54,861 nt of DNA from Girardia tigrina (lineage: Eukaryota). Positions 25,594-37,154 of this stretch are shown here, piece by piece. The first letter of the stretch is position 1. Every line of letters starts with the position of its first letter. Below the pieces are notes generated by a model. It worked only from the letters and a program-made list of their open reading frames with translations, was not told the DNA's origin and searched no databases. Both the position numbers and the translations under genes were made by a program. Location: NCBI GenBank assembly GCA_001938485.1, contig MQRK01245678.1:1-54861 (forward strand), in the 5' to 3' direction.

Positions 25594-25931
25594 TTTTTTT
25601 TGGTACCGTAGCCTTTGAGCCGTGGGTGCACTCAATTATGCACAGGTATATGGCTTGGGTTTGCATATTTTGAGTGTCTCAGTAGGCAAGGAACCTGGTG
25701 GCGCCTATCTCCTCTCCAGGTATGGATAGCCGTTGGCTCCAAGGAGCTCATCCGCCCTTTGCTAGGTGTCCACACACCTCTGCATCCAGGTTGATCTGGG
25801 TGAGGCAGCCGGTTTAGTCGCCAACTATTCGACCATGGGACAGGTATTACAGGTTCACATGGTACCTGTAGCAGACAGATTGCCTGACCTGACCTGTAGC
25901 CAATGGCCTCGCGATTTCCCTATCGGTCACC
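25594..25931 (-). mobile_element. non-autonomous RTE-derived retroposon (SINE-like) with A tail
   Basis: GC-rich non-coding body. Its 3' end ATAATTGAGTGCACCCACGGCTCAA.GCT.CGGT + A8 aligns with the 3' end of the RTE LINE at 2650-2688. Confidence 0.7.
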
Positions 25932-26613
25932 AAAATAAGTATTAACGCGGCCGTTGGACACTTGATTTCGGAGATCCGGCGTACCCAACTGCGGCCATTG
26001 ACTACTGCTGGTCTAGAATGTTGTCAAATAAGAAATAGAAACAAAATTATTATTTGATAAATCAGGAGACAAAGCCACAGAAATTATTTGTCACAACCGA
26101 TTGATTGATTGATTGTTAAAACCGACAAACACCAGAATCAATTTAGGCCACGACTGGCATTACTTTGTGCTGTGTGTGGCAGCATTCATGTATCGTTGTG
26201 ATCATCGATTAATTGCACCAGAAAAGCAATGACTAATGATTGTTTGCTATTGGTAATCAATTGATCATAAATCATCGAGCACTGATCACCAATCAATAAA
26301 TAACATAATTCAATCGATTAAAAAACGAATAAACATAAAAGAAGCACATTAAAAAAGATTTCCTGTTATCGATCCATATTTTATTAATTTTTTTTCATTA
26401 TTGATTTGTAATCAAAACGAGAATCAATAGTAATAATTAAAGCTTACAAAGTAGAAAAAAACAAGCGCGGAATGTCATAACAAATGATTACACTTTTTCT
26501 TTAATCTTAAACGATAACATTTAGCGATTGTAATAAGACAAAAATTATGTATAAATAATTGCGTCGATTATTGACTGATCGATCGATAAGTAATGGAGTA
26601 GTCCAAGTAATAA

Positions 26614-29600
26614 TCAATAGTGTTGTTGTTGTTGCTGCTGCTGCTGATATCCGCCTCCTGAAAGATCCCCCCCGATCATCTGATCATCATTGTAAAGCCC
26701 CCCAGACCCTGAGCCTCGACCAGTACTGTCCGGGTAACTACCCGAGTACGGTTGCTGATCGAGCACATCATCACTTGAGGCGAACATATCGCCATCCCCA
26801 CTCTGGTATTTTCTTACAGCAAAAAAGCACTGGAGACCCTAAAAGAAATCAATCGGTGAGTCCCTGATACCATTTTGTAAGATTCGAAATATGTTTTTCT
26901 GTATTGCCTTAATTCACAATCTCTTGCAATATCAAATCAATTAATTTTTATAAGTTTTTGAATGTTTCATTTTCCAAACCTTTAAATAATCAAATTTAAA
27001 ATGTGAATAATAAAATTCAAATTAGGAGTGTGAGGATACTTTCCCAAACTCATAAAATTTAAACTGTAAAATATTAGGTTGGGGAAAAGAAATCCATTAT
27101 TTTGGCGTGAAATTCAAAACTTTATTTAACATGTTTCGGTTTGTCCTCTTGGAGTCAAATATGCACCGTTTTGTTGTACAATTAGTTGACATTTTGAAGA
27201 TAGCTTCATAATGCCTCTCTCGTAGAAGTCTTGGTCCTTATTGGCGAAAAACTGTAGTAATCGATTTTCACAATCTTCTATTGATCCCAATTTCTTAGCA
27301 CTCAGGAAATTTTGCAATGCGAGAAAAAGGTGGTAATCGCTTGGTGCCAGGTCCGGACTATATGTTGGATGCATAAAACTTCCCAACCAAGCTACCTGAG
27401 TTTCTGGCGAGTCACTACAGACGTATGTGGTCTTGCGTTGCCGTGATGGAACACAAAACCTCTTCTGTTGGCCAATTCTGGTCGTTTCTCATCAACTGCT
27501 ATTTTCAAACGGTCCAGTTGTTGACAGTACAGATCTGAATTTAGTGTTTGGCCATACGAAAGCAACTCATAATAAATGATTCCTTTCCAGTCCCAACAAA
27601 TACACAGTAGAACCTTCCTGGTTGTTAGTCCTGGTTTGGCGACCGTTTAAAGTGCTTCACCGTGCTTTGACCACGATCGTTTTCATACAATATTGTCGTA
27701 TGTGACCCATTTCTCATCCTCAGTAACCATCCGTTTAAGAAATGGGTCGATTTCATTTCGTTTGGCCAAGGCTTCGCAGATGGAAATTCGATCCATCATG
27801 TTTTTTGGTGTTAATTGGTGCGGAACCCAAACATCAAGTTTCTTTTTGAATCCTGCTTTGTCCAAATGGTTTAAAACCGTTTTGTGGTCGATCTTCAGCT
27901 CCTGTGCGATGCTACGACTACTAACATACCGGTCAACTTCGATCATTGCCGAGATTTTATCGATATTTTCAACGATAGGCCTGCCTGTGCGAGGTGCATC
28001 TTTACATCAAAAATGCCTCCACGGAATCAACGAAACCAAAATTGCGTGTAATTAGCTGTTACAGTATTTGCACCATAAACACCATTCACAATAACAGCCG
28101 CCTGGCTTGCATTTTCGCCTTTATCGAAAAACTTTAAAATGTACCGAATTTTTTCTTTGTTGACTTCCATTTTTAACACCCTGTAACTCAGAACTGAATA
28201 AAAAAAGCAAAAAAAAATTTGTGAAATTACGGTGTTACCTTGACAAAGAGCATAAATTTGAAATTGTTTGATCAATAAATAATGAATTAAAATAATGGAT
28301 TACTTTTTCCCCAACCTAATATTTAAACATAATGTATAAAAATTTTAAAACATTTTTTGTTTTAAATACATAAAATTTAGATTTAATCATATAAATAATA
28401 ATCGTATACAAAACAAATATAAAAATAATCGAATATAAAAAAATACTAAGTACAATTAAATGATTTTCAGAATTAATGTGAAATATAATTATAAGGAAAA
28501 TAAATATTATTTCAAACGTATTAATAAGTTTTAAAATTAAAATGGTTTTAAAAAATTGAAATTATAGTTATCAGTGTGAGGAATATTTTAAATTGTTTGA
28601 ATGTGTAAATGTATTGATGCTGTATGTTGAACTTAGAATGGTGATTCTCCTACCCTGATGGAAATTTGCATTTTTTATTAAATTTAAAGTGACTATTCGA
28701 ACATAATTAAAATAATCATTTAATAAGTTCATATTTTTTAATGTAACAATTAAAATTAAGTTTAATATTTTTTAATAAAATTTAAATTAAATGCATTTTT
28801 AATAATTTGATGACATCTTTATTATTTTGAGTTTTATTGAGAAATGGTAAAAATTATTATTTTTATGGGTTAGGGTTAATGTTTTTAGAAGTTAAATATT
28901 AGAAATGACTTAGAACAATTCTTCGAATAATCATGATAAAACCAATTAGAACGACGACAAACGATGAAAGATCTTCTGGGAGTGGTAATGACTCTAAATG
29001 TGATTGTAATAAAAATTCAAAAAAAAATCCATGGAATTTAGAAACCTGTTTTTGAAGGCTTTTTACTCAATCGATTTTCTTCAAACTTTGCACAATTACT
29101 CATTCTCGATGACGATAAATAATTATGTAAAAATTTGATCGAGAAAAACTTTTTTAAGATCCCGAAATGGGAAAAGCGGAAAATTTGGATTTCCCGAACA
29201 ATATTAATTGAAAAAGATCTGCTTATAAATTATAAGTAGTTTATATTAATTTTTAATCTGTTTTTTAAATTGTATTTAAAGTTATTTTGCAATTGAATAT
29301 TAAAGTTAAAATTAATCGATTATAAAAAACATAAAGTCCAATTAAATGATTTTAGGAATTAACGCAAAATAAAATGAAGTGGAAAAAAATATTATTTTAA
29401 ACAGAATTATAAGTTTTAAAATTAAAATGGTTTCAAAAAATTTGAATGATAGTTATCAGAATAAGTTCGATATAAAATATTTTTAAATAACTGTATTAAG
29501 AACACCAACATGGGTTTTCGAACATTTATTTTGAATAGAATTTGAATTGTCCTTTGGACAACTCTCAGCAAAGCTTTCAGCATTTAACATCGTTCTAAAT

Positions 29601-32600
29601 TGATAAATTTTTGGTTATGTTTTTTAATAAACAATTATTCGAACAAATTTTTCATTATTTTTAGATTTTATTTTTAAAGTTCAAATTTTGTAATTTTAGT
29701 AATAATTTTTATTTACATAGTAATTTTATTTAAAAAATGATTTTATGTAAAGAAAGAACATTTATTTAATTTAAAACTTAGTTAAAACTATTTACTTTAT
29801 TTAAATTTTAATATGAAAATTTGAAACGATTTGATATTCTTAAAGTTTTTAAATATCTTATGCTGTAATTTAAAATGCAAATTATACTCGAATAATTATT
29901 CATCGTGAACATCCAAAATATCAATTTTCCATCTGGGTGGGAGAAACACATTTCCAAATACTAAACTCAACATACAAGATTCAACATAGCAAATTTTAAA
30001 ATATTCCTCACAAATGATTTTAGGAATTAACGTGAAATAAAATTATGTGGAAAAAAATATTATTTTAAACAGAATTATGAGTTTTAAAATTAAAATGGTT
30101 TCAAAAAATTTGAATGATAGTTATCAGAATAAGTTCGATATAAAATATCTTTAAATAACTGGAACTCAACAATGACTAAACCAATTTAAATTGCTTAAAA
30201 AATCAAATTGAGATTAAACAAATTCGAATTGGAACTAAATAAATACTAATGACAGGGGTTCCCAGAAATGGTGACAGTAAAAAAACAGGACATTATTAAC
30301 GAGAAACAGACTGACTAGAAATTTTCGCTACATTTTTATATATACTTTAAATGATGCTTGATATACTGATGATATACTGACGAATGCTTGTGAAGGATTT
30401 CATAACGCATTGAATTCGTTATTTCATGGCTACAATACCATTTGGAATTTAGTAGGAGGCCTTGAAAGAAATATGACATACCTACTTTTAACTTAGACGA
30501 ATTCACAAACGAAAATGAAGAACAAAATATTAAAATCTTACTGAACAAGTAGAAATTATAATAACGAACATAAAAAATTGAGGTTTATACGCCGCATGGC
30601 TAATTTGAAATAAATATTTATTCATTTTTGTTTTATCTTTGTTTCATATATTTTTATTGTTTGAAAAATCAACTTGACAAAATTAAAGATTTTATTTGCT
30701 TTCTTAATATACATATGTATATGTATGTTATACCGAATTTGTGTAATTGCCGAATTCACGAACTTGGCAATTTTTTTAAAAGTTTTTTAATTCAAATATA
30801 AAATTGATATCATTTAATATGAATAAAATATCAATTTAATATGAAAATATCGATTCAATATGAAAAAATATCGATTTAATATGAAAAAATATCAATTTAA
30901 TATGAAAAATATCGATTTAATATGAAAAATATTTATTTAATGAAAAATTATCGATTTAATGTGAAAAAATATCAAATTAATTTGAAAAATATCGATTTAA
31001 TACAAAAAATTATCAATTTAATATGAAAAATACTTTCAAAATACAAACGTTTGCAATTCAGGTTACCACCAAGGAAGAATTTGTAATAACTGTGAATAAA
31101 AATTTTTTATTTGGAGTCCATTTTGCATAAAAAATTAAGATTTTTTTCATATTTATTAAATTGATAATTTTTCATATTAAATACATATTTATTCATAATA
31201 AATTCTGAAATTTTCTATTAAATTGATTTTTTTAATGTAAAATTGATTTTTTTTCATATTAAATCGATATTTTTTCATATTAAATCGATATTTTTTCATA
31301 TTAAATCGATATTTTTTCATATTAAATCGATATTTTTTCATATTAAAGCGATATTTTTTCATATTAAATCGATATTTTTTCATATTAAATCGATATTTTT
31401 TCATATTAAAGCGATATTTTTTCAAAATAAATTGATATTTTTCATATTATTAGGTGTATAACTTAGTTTTTTGGATTTTCTAAGAGATGGTGTAACCTTT
31501 GTAATAAGCAGTATTTTACAGTCGTACGTACAGATTTTTAAAGTGCTGAAATCGAGGCATTAAAATTAAGAAGGTCATTGACCTTAAATGCGTCATAAAC
31601 ATATTTTTAATCACGTTTTAGCATGACAACTTTCATACCAATAAAACAACATTTGCGGGAAGCACTACTGTGTTGCTTTAATCAAAAAAAAGCTGCAGAC
31701 AGTTTTCAGCTTCTTGAAGAAACTTATGGTCAACATGCACCAACTCAACAGACTTGCGAGAACTGGTATAAACGTTTCAAAAGTGGAGATTTCGACGTAA
31801 GTGACAAAGAGCGTTCCGGTCAACCAAAAAGATTCGAAGATGAAGATTTGGAATCATTACTGAAGGAAGATTCTACTCAACGTCTACATGCTATGAAAAT
31901 GATTCAAAGAGAAGGAAAATGGATACCACATGAATTGAATCAAGCCAACATTGAAAGTCGATTACTGATATTCAATTCATTGCTTACAAGATAACGAAGA
32001 TGGTCGTTTTTGCATAATATTGTGACTGNNNNNNNNNNNNNNNNNNNNNNNNNNNNNNNNNNNNNNNNNNNNNNNNNNNNNNNNNNNNNNNNNNNNNNNN
32101 NNNNNNNNNNNNNNNNNNNNNNNNNNNNNNNNNNNNNNNNNNNNNNNNNNNNNNNNNNNNNNNNNNNNNNNNNNNNNNNNNNNNNNNNNNNNNNNNNNNN
32201 NNNNNNNNNNNNNNNNNNNNNNNNNNNNNNNNNNNNNNNNNNNNNNNNNNNNNNNNNNNNNNNNNNNNNNNNNNNNNNNCACAGTGATTTTGCTCCATGA
32301 CAATGCTCGGCCACATGTCGCAAAACAAGTAAAAAACACGTTGGAAGCACTTAAATGGGGAATTCTACCGCATGCTGCCTATTCACCAGATTGTGCCCCA
32401 TCAGATTATCATCTGTTCCGATCAATGCAAAGCGCTCTTCGGGACCAGCACTTCAGAAACCAGGAACATATAAAAATGGCTGGAACAATAGATCGCATCA
32501 AAAGACCAAAACTTTTTTTTCGATGGAATTCATAATTTGCCTGACAGATGGTCGAAAGTCATAATTAACGATGGAAAATATTTTGATTAGAATAAAACTC

Positions 32601-35600
32601 ATTATGTCGTATAAATAAACTTGTCTGTTCTGCAAAAAAATCCAAAAAACTAAGTTATACACCTAATAAATACATAATCTTTCATTTTAAATTGAGAAAT
32701 TTTCATTTAAAATGAAAATTTTTCATATAGCTAGTGATTTCGGCAAGAATTAACTAGTTCATAAATTCGGAATGTTGCCGCTTTCACGAATTAGGCAAAA
32801 TATTTTGCAAGTCGGCCATTACACAAATTCGGCATAACATGTATATTGTTAGTCTCCAGGTTTCACTTCAGGATTCATAATATCAACAAGCAGAATTTAT
32901 TTAATATTTACAATCTTTTTAGAATACTTAAACAAATAATAATCACAACTTTGTTCTTGTATTTTAAGTTTTTTTAATAATCAACTAGACAAAAATAAAA
33001 ATCAATTGTTAGTTAGTTATTAATTAACGTATTTGTAATATATACCAATTATTTCTGATCAAAATGAAAACTTCCTTTGCTATTATATAGTTGCAATGTA
33101 TTTGTATATATTATGTGAAACGATTTTTTAACGTGACAAAAAAAATTTATATTTTATTATTTTAAAAATATATTTTAGGATAATATATTTCGACGGTTTA
33201 ACCGACATCGTCAGATCACTGATTATGTTCTTTTTTATTGCTTTTATATAAGAAATGAATGATTATGCAATCACTTACGTAAGTCTAATCGAAAACTCTT
33301 AACAAATTAGTTGAGAGTGCTGTTTGAACGTTGATTTTAGGATCACATGATCTTATCAACAATGCTTCACATGACACTCTCTCCCAATAATTTTTAAACT
33401 GCTTGCACAAAATCTTAAAATCATTTATGCTCATATTACATTTACACGTTTTTTATGCTCAGCAATATCACTCTTTCCCCCTTTTTGACTGTGTTCTTGG
33501 ACTCGTTTGCAGAGATGGCGGGTAGTCTCTCCGGTGTATGTGGCATTGCACCCATTACATGTGTATTGATAAACAATGTCCGAACACAATCCTAAAGGAG
33601 TATGTGATTTATTGCAAAACATATTCTCAACTTTAAATGAATGAGAAATAATTTTTAAATTTAAAATGTTATCTGTTGATTTCAAGATCGAATTCTTGAG
33701 GTGTTTAAAGCCCTCGGAGTAAGGTGAGCTTAGAGTATACCCAGGTGTAAAGCAGTTTTCAATGTTTCAACTATTAATTTTTTCTAATAAGTTGAGTTCA
33801 TCTTTAGACAAAACCGTCTGACTTAAATTTAAAACAGTATTTTCGACATTAAATTTAAATACACCAAACAATTTCCTCAAGTTAAATAATTTTTTATTTT
33901 GTGCAGCAATTTTACTTTTATTGGTAAATTTTTTACTTTTATTAAAAATTATTGGGAGAGAGTGTCATGTGAAGCATTGTTGATAAGATCATGTGATCCA
34001 GCACTTTCAACTAATTTGTTATGAGTTTTCGATTAGACTTACGTAAGTGATTACATAATCATTCATTTCTTATATAAAAGCAATAAAAAAGAACATAATC
34101 AGTGATCTGATAATGACGGTGAAACCGTCGAAATATATTATCCTAAAATATATTTTTATATGGCGTTTATTTGTTTATCATAAAAAATTGTCATCTTTTT
34201 TCAAGTTTTTTTATTTTGTTATTACTTATTTTGTTTATTTCTATGTGTTTTTCATTCTTTTCAAAATCTTGTTTTGGTTCCATTATTGATTCATCAAATT
34301 CTCTACTTGAATTGATGTTGCTTTGCTTTTCCGCGATTACGTCTGTTAATTTTTGAATTGTTTTGTCTACGATTATGATGTTCGTTTGAATTGATCTATT
34401 TTTATTTATCAATGTGTTGGTATACATTTCTTGGAGTGTTGGTTTTAATTGATTGTGTTCCGTGTCTTTGGTTTGTGAATAATTATCTCTGAATTTTCTA
34501 ATTAATAATGATTAGGTTTGTATTTCTTTAACGAAAGTTTTGGTTTGTGAGTGTTTCTTTGTTGCTTGTGTTTCTTTCTCTGTTAGTTTGAAGAAATTCT
34601 TCTGATAATTTATGTCATGGATATGGTTTTGTGGGTTTGTGTTGCTTGCTTTATTTCGAAAAATTCTGTTTTGGTTTTGTTACAGTCAATATTTTTATGA
34701 AAGATTTTTCCTTTTTGTATCGGTGTTGTTATCTCTTCCACATAATCTTTTTATGAACTTTTTGATTTTGGAGTTGTAAAACGTTCGAATCCTTGGTTTT
34801 TGTGCACATGCTTTTTGTTTGAATGAGCAATGGTACTGGCATTTAAGTGCATTGCCTTTAAACTTAGTGTGGTACCAGCAGAACATATTTTCTTATATTC
34901 TTCTATTGATGTTTCTAGAATCTCTTTATGGTTTTCTGTTTCTTCTTTTATGTATATTGAATTTTTTTGAATTATTGTGTTTCAAAAATAAATAAATGTT
35001 CTGTTTTATAACTGTTCTGTTCTGTTTTATCATAGAACACCAGAAATATATATTACGATCAGAACAATAATTATTTTCCCCTAAAATCTTTATTTCGTTC
35101 CAATAGTAATTATTTTATTTTCGTCAATAATGATTGTATTCCAAAATAAACATTTTATTCGTGAAATAACCGTGTAATAGAAAATAAGCTGTAAATATTT
35201 TACGATTTTATCAAACAATTAACATAATTTCGTCTGTCAGAAATTAATAATACAAAAGATGGAAGATTGAAACTCTTAACTTGTTCCAATTTCTCCTCTT
35301 CAATGTCGATCTGAAGTTTATATTCGTTACGGCTTCCTGAAACCATTACTTTGCTTTTTTCTCTGTTTATTTCCATTCAAAATTTATTTGACACTGTGTA
35401 ATCCGTTCGTAATTTTCGCTTTAAATTGAGAAAATTTTCGCTTAAAATTGAGAAGTTTCACTTTAAATTGAGAAAAGTTTCACTTTAAATTGAGAAAATT
35501 TTCGCTTAAAATTGAGAAAATTTTCGCTTAAAATTGAGAAAATTTTCACTTCAAATTGAGAAAATTTTCACTTAAAATTGAGAAATTTTCGCTTAAAATT

Positions 35601-37154
35601 GAGAATTTTCGCTTTAAATTGAGATTTTTTTCGCTTTAAATTGAGATTTTTTTCGCTTTAAATTGAGAATTTTTTCGCTTTAAATTGAGAATTTTTTCAC
35701 TTTAAATTGAGAATATTTTCACTTAAAATTGAGAAAATTTTCACTTAAAATTGAGAATTTTTCACTTTAAATTGAGAAAAGTTTCACTTTAAATTGAGAA
35801 AAGTTTCACTTAAAATTGAGAATTTTTTTCGCTTAAAATTGAGAATTTTTTCACTTAAAATTGAGAAAATTTTCACTTAAAATTGAGAAAATTTTCACTT
35901 AAAATTGAGAATTTTTCGCTTAAAATTGAGAATTTTTCGCTTAAAATTGAGAATTTTTCACTTAAAATTGAGAGAATTTTCACTTTATATTGAGAAAATT
36001 TTCGCTTTAAATTGAGAAAAGTTTCACTTTAAATTGAGAAAAGTTTCACTTTAAATTGAGAAAAGTTTCACTTTAAATTGAGAAAATTTTCGCTTAAAAT
36101 TGAGAAAATTTTCACTTAAAATTGAGAAAATTTTCACTTAAAATTGAGAAAATTTTCACTTAAAATTGAGAAATTTTCGCTTAAAATTGAGAATTTTTCG
36201 CTTAAAATTGAGAGAATTTTCACTTAAAATTGAGAAATTTTTCAATTAAAATTGAGAGAATTTTCACTTTATATTGAGAAAATTTTCGCTTTAAATTGAG
36301 AAAATTTTCGCTTTAAATTGAGAAAATTTTCGCTTTAAATTGAGAATTTTTTCGCTTTAAATTGAGAATTTTTTCGCTTTAAATTGAGAATTTTTCACTT
36401 TAAATTGAGAATTTTTTCGCTTTAAATTGAGAATTTTTTCGCTTTAAATTGAGAATTTTTCACTTTAAATTGAGAAAATTTTCACTTTAAATTGAGAAAA
36501 TTTTCACTTTAATTTGAAAATTTTCAAATTAAATGGAGAATTTTTCCTTTTACAGTTTCTCAGTTTTGCGACCCGTGAATACTGCAAATGTTCAAAATGT
36601 AAATTGATTTGAGCAACACAGAAAAATATATAGAAAGAAAACGAAAATAATCGATACCCAGGAAATAATTGAGAAGAAGCTGAAGGCGATGGCGCCTCGA
36701 GGATCGTTGAGAGCAACATTTGGATGTTCTGTGTTCAATTTGTTCGTCATATAACAGAACCCGACGAACCACAAGAACGCCCAAAAGGCCGAGAACGCCA
36801 TATCAAGATAAAGAACGTATTTGCGCTGCTCGACACTCGACAATTGCGGAAACACCGCGTCTAGAGCTAGAAACGCAACACATGCCAAACAAGCAATAAC
36901 GCCGATTGTGGTAGCATACCCGCACGCGCTCGAATTACTAAATAAGCATTCGTTTCTTATATAACCGCCACTACCGATACAACTACACACAACCACCGCA
37001 AACACCTGAACACAAATCCGATAATTTTTTTCTTTTTGTTCAATTTGATTTCGCTTACAAATGAAATCACACGTAAAATGACCGAGGGATTTTTGATAAA
37101 TTCTCTAAAGTCGAAAGAATTTCCGGAAAGACCGCTACCGAACACTTGACTCAT
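26614..37154 (-). CDS. SYNGR: synaptogyrin (MARVEL domain), 222 aa; exons 37154-37059, 37005-36658, 26838-26614
   Basis: Phase-0 GT-AG introns of 53 bp and 9819 bp. Motifs FD..FIK.P.VILR, FAVVV..CI...GY, CLF....ACGY...[41 protein letters not shown], then a Tyr/Gln-rich tail ending in TGA. Confidence 0.92.
27074..28319 (-). mobile_element. full-length mariner (mellifera-like subfamily), defective
   Basis: TA-flanked 31-bp TIRs [63 protein letters not shown]. The second catalytic D is replaced (HGNARPH), and there are frameshifts. Confidence 0.95.
28575..29020 (+). mobile_element. solo LTR, 3'-truncated, of the 9120-14124 gypsy family
   Basis: Colinear with the reverse complement of 13660-14124. 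Confidence 0.85.
29040..29250 (+). repeat. dispersed non-coding repeat (third copy)
   Basis: Similar to 16600-16800. Confidence 0.65.
29494..30012 (-). mobile_element. complete solo LTR (TGTGAGG...GTTCTTAATA)
   Basis: Same termini as the 5' LTR at 14124-13634. Flanked by 149-bp direct repeats. Confidence 0.8.
30350..30610 (+). mobile_element. MULE/Mutator-like transposase C-terminal remnant
   Basis: [15 protein letters not shown]....TIWNL resembles the TNN..E.WH...N...HP.IW motif. Confidence 0.55.
30726..32839. mobile_element. non-autonomous foldback-like DNA element with TGTTA...TAACA ends, 4-bp TSD (TGTA) and inverted 21-bp minisatellite arrays
   Basis: About 30-bp TIR TGTTAT(A/G)CCGAATTTGTGTAAT(T/G)GCCGA. 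Arrays at 30800-31030 and 31240-31447 run in opposite orientation. Confidence 0.7.
31450..32666 (+). mobile_element. mariner (mauritiana/Mos1-like), defective, nested in the foldback element
   Basis: TA-flanked [80 protein letters not shown]. Confidence 0.95.
33178..33217 (-). ncRNA. minimal hammerhead ribozyme in pLTR
   Basis: GAT CTGACGA TGTCGGT-TAA-ACCGTC GAAA TATAT T ATC, with one stem II mismatch. Confidence 0.7.
34104..34142 (+). ncRNA. minimal hammerhead ribozyme in pLTR, core-mutated
   Basis: GAT CTGATAA TGACGGT-GAA-ACCGTC GAAA TATAT T ATC. The CUGANGA core has a G>A change. Confidence 0.6.
34170..35045 (-). mobile_element. highly degraded CsRn1-like gag remnant
   Basis: CHCC motif [19 protein letters not shown] and a TGGTG start near 35042. 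Confidence 0.5.
35268..35400 (-). mobile_element. RTE LINE internal fragment
   Basis: [12 protein letters not shown]...EKLEQVKSF, similar to 3215-3270. Confidence 0.7.
35412..36515. repeat. about 22-bp minisatellite (AAATTGAGAAAATTTTC(A/G)CTT(T/A))n, roughly 50 copies
   Basis: Direct tandem array about 140 bp from the synaptogyrin exon 2 donor. Confidence 0.97.

Larger units (their letters stand above)
33164..34158 (-). mobile_element. Penelope-like element remnant: GIY-YIG endonuclease between inverted pLTRs (33164-33397 and 33942-34158)
   Basis: [27 protein letters not shown]. About 220-bp inverted repeats, each with a hammerhead core. Confidence 0.9.

Noticed and set aside
25790-25931. 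HDV-like ribozyme in the RTE-derived element and in the 155-bp repeat
   Set aside because: P3/L3-like pieces are present, but I could not build consistent P1, P1.1 and P2 pairings by eye.
26559-26867. 102-aa plus-strand ORF
   Set aside because: Antisense shadow of synaptogyrin exon 3.
31189-31461. (MKKYRFN)n and (IFFHIKS)n repeat proteins
   Set aside because: Translations of a 21-bp minisatellite.
35412-36515. CRISPR-like array (also 1-817)
   Set aside because: Units are contiguous with no unique spacers, there are no cas genes and the context is eukaryotic.
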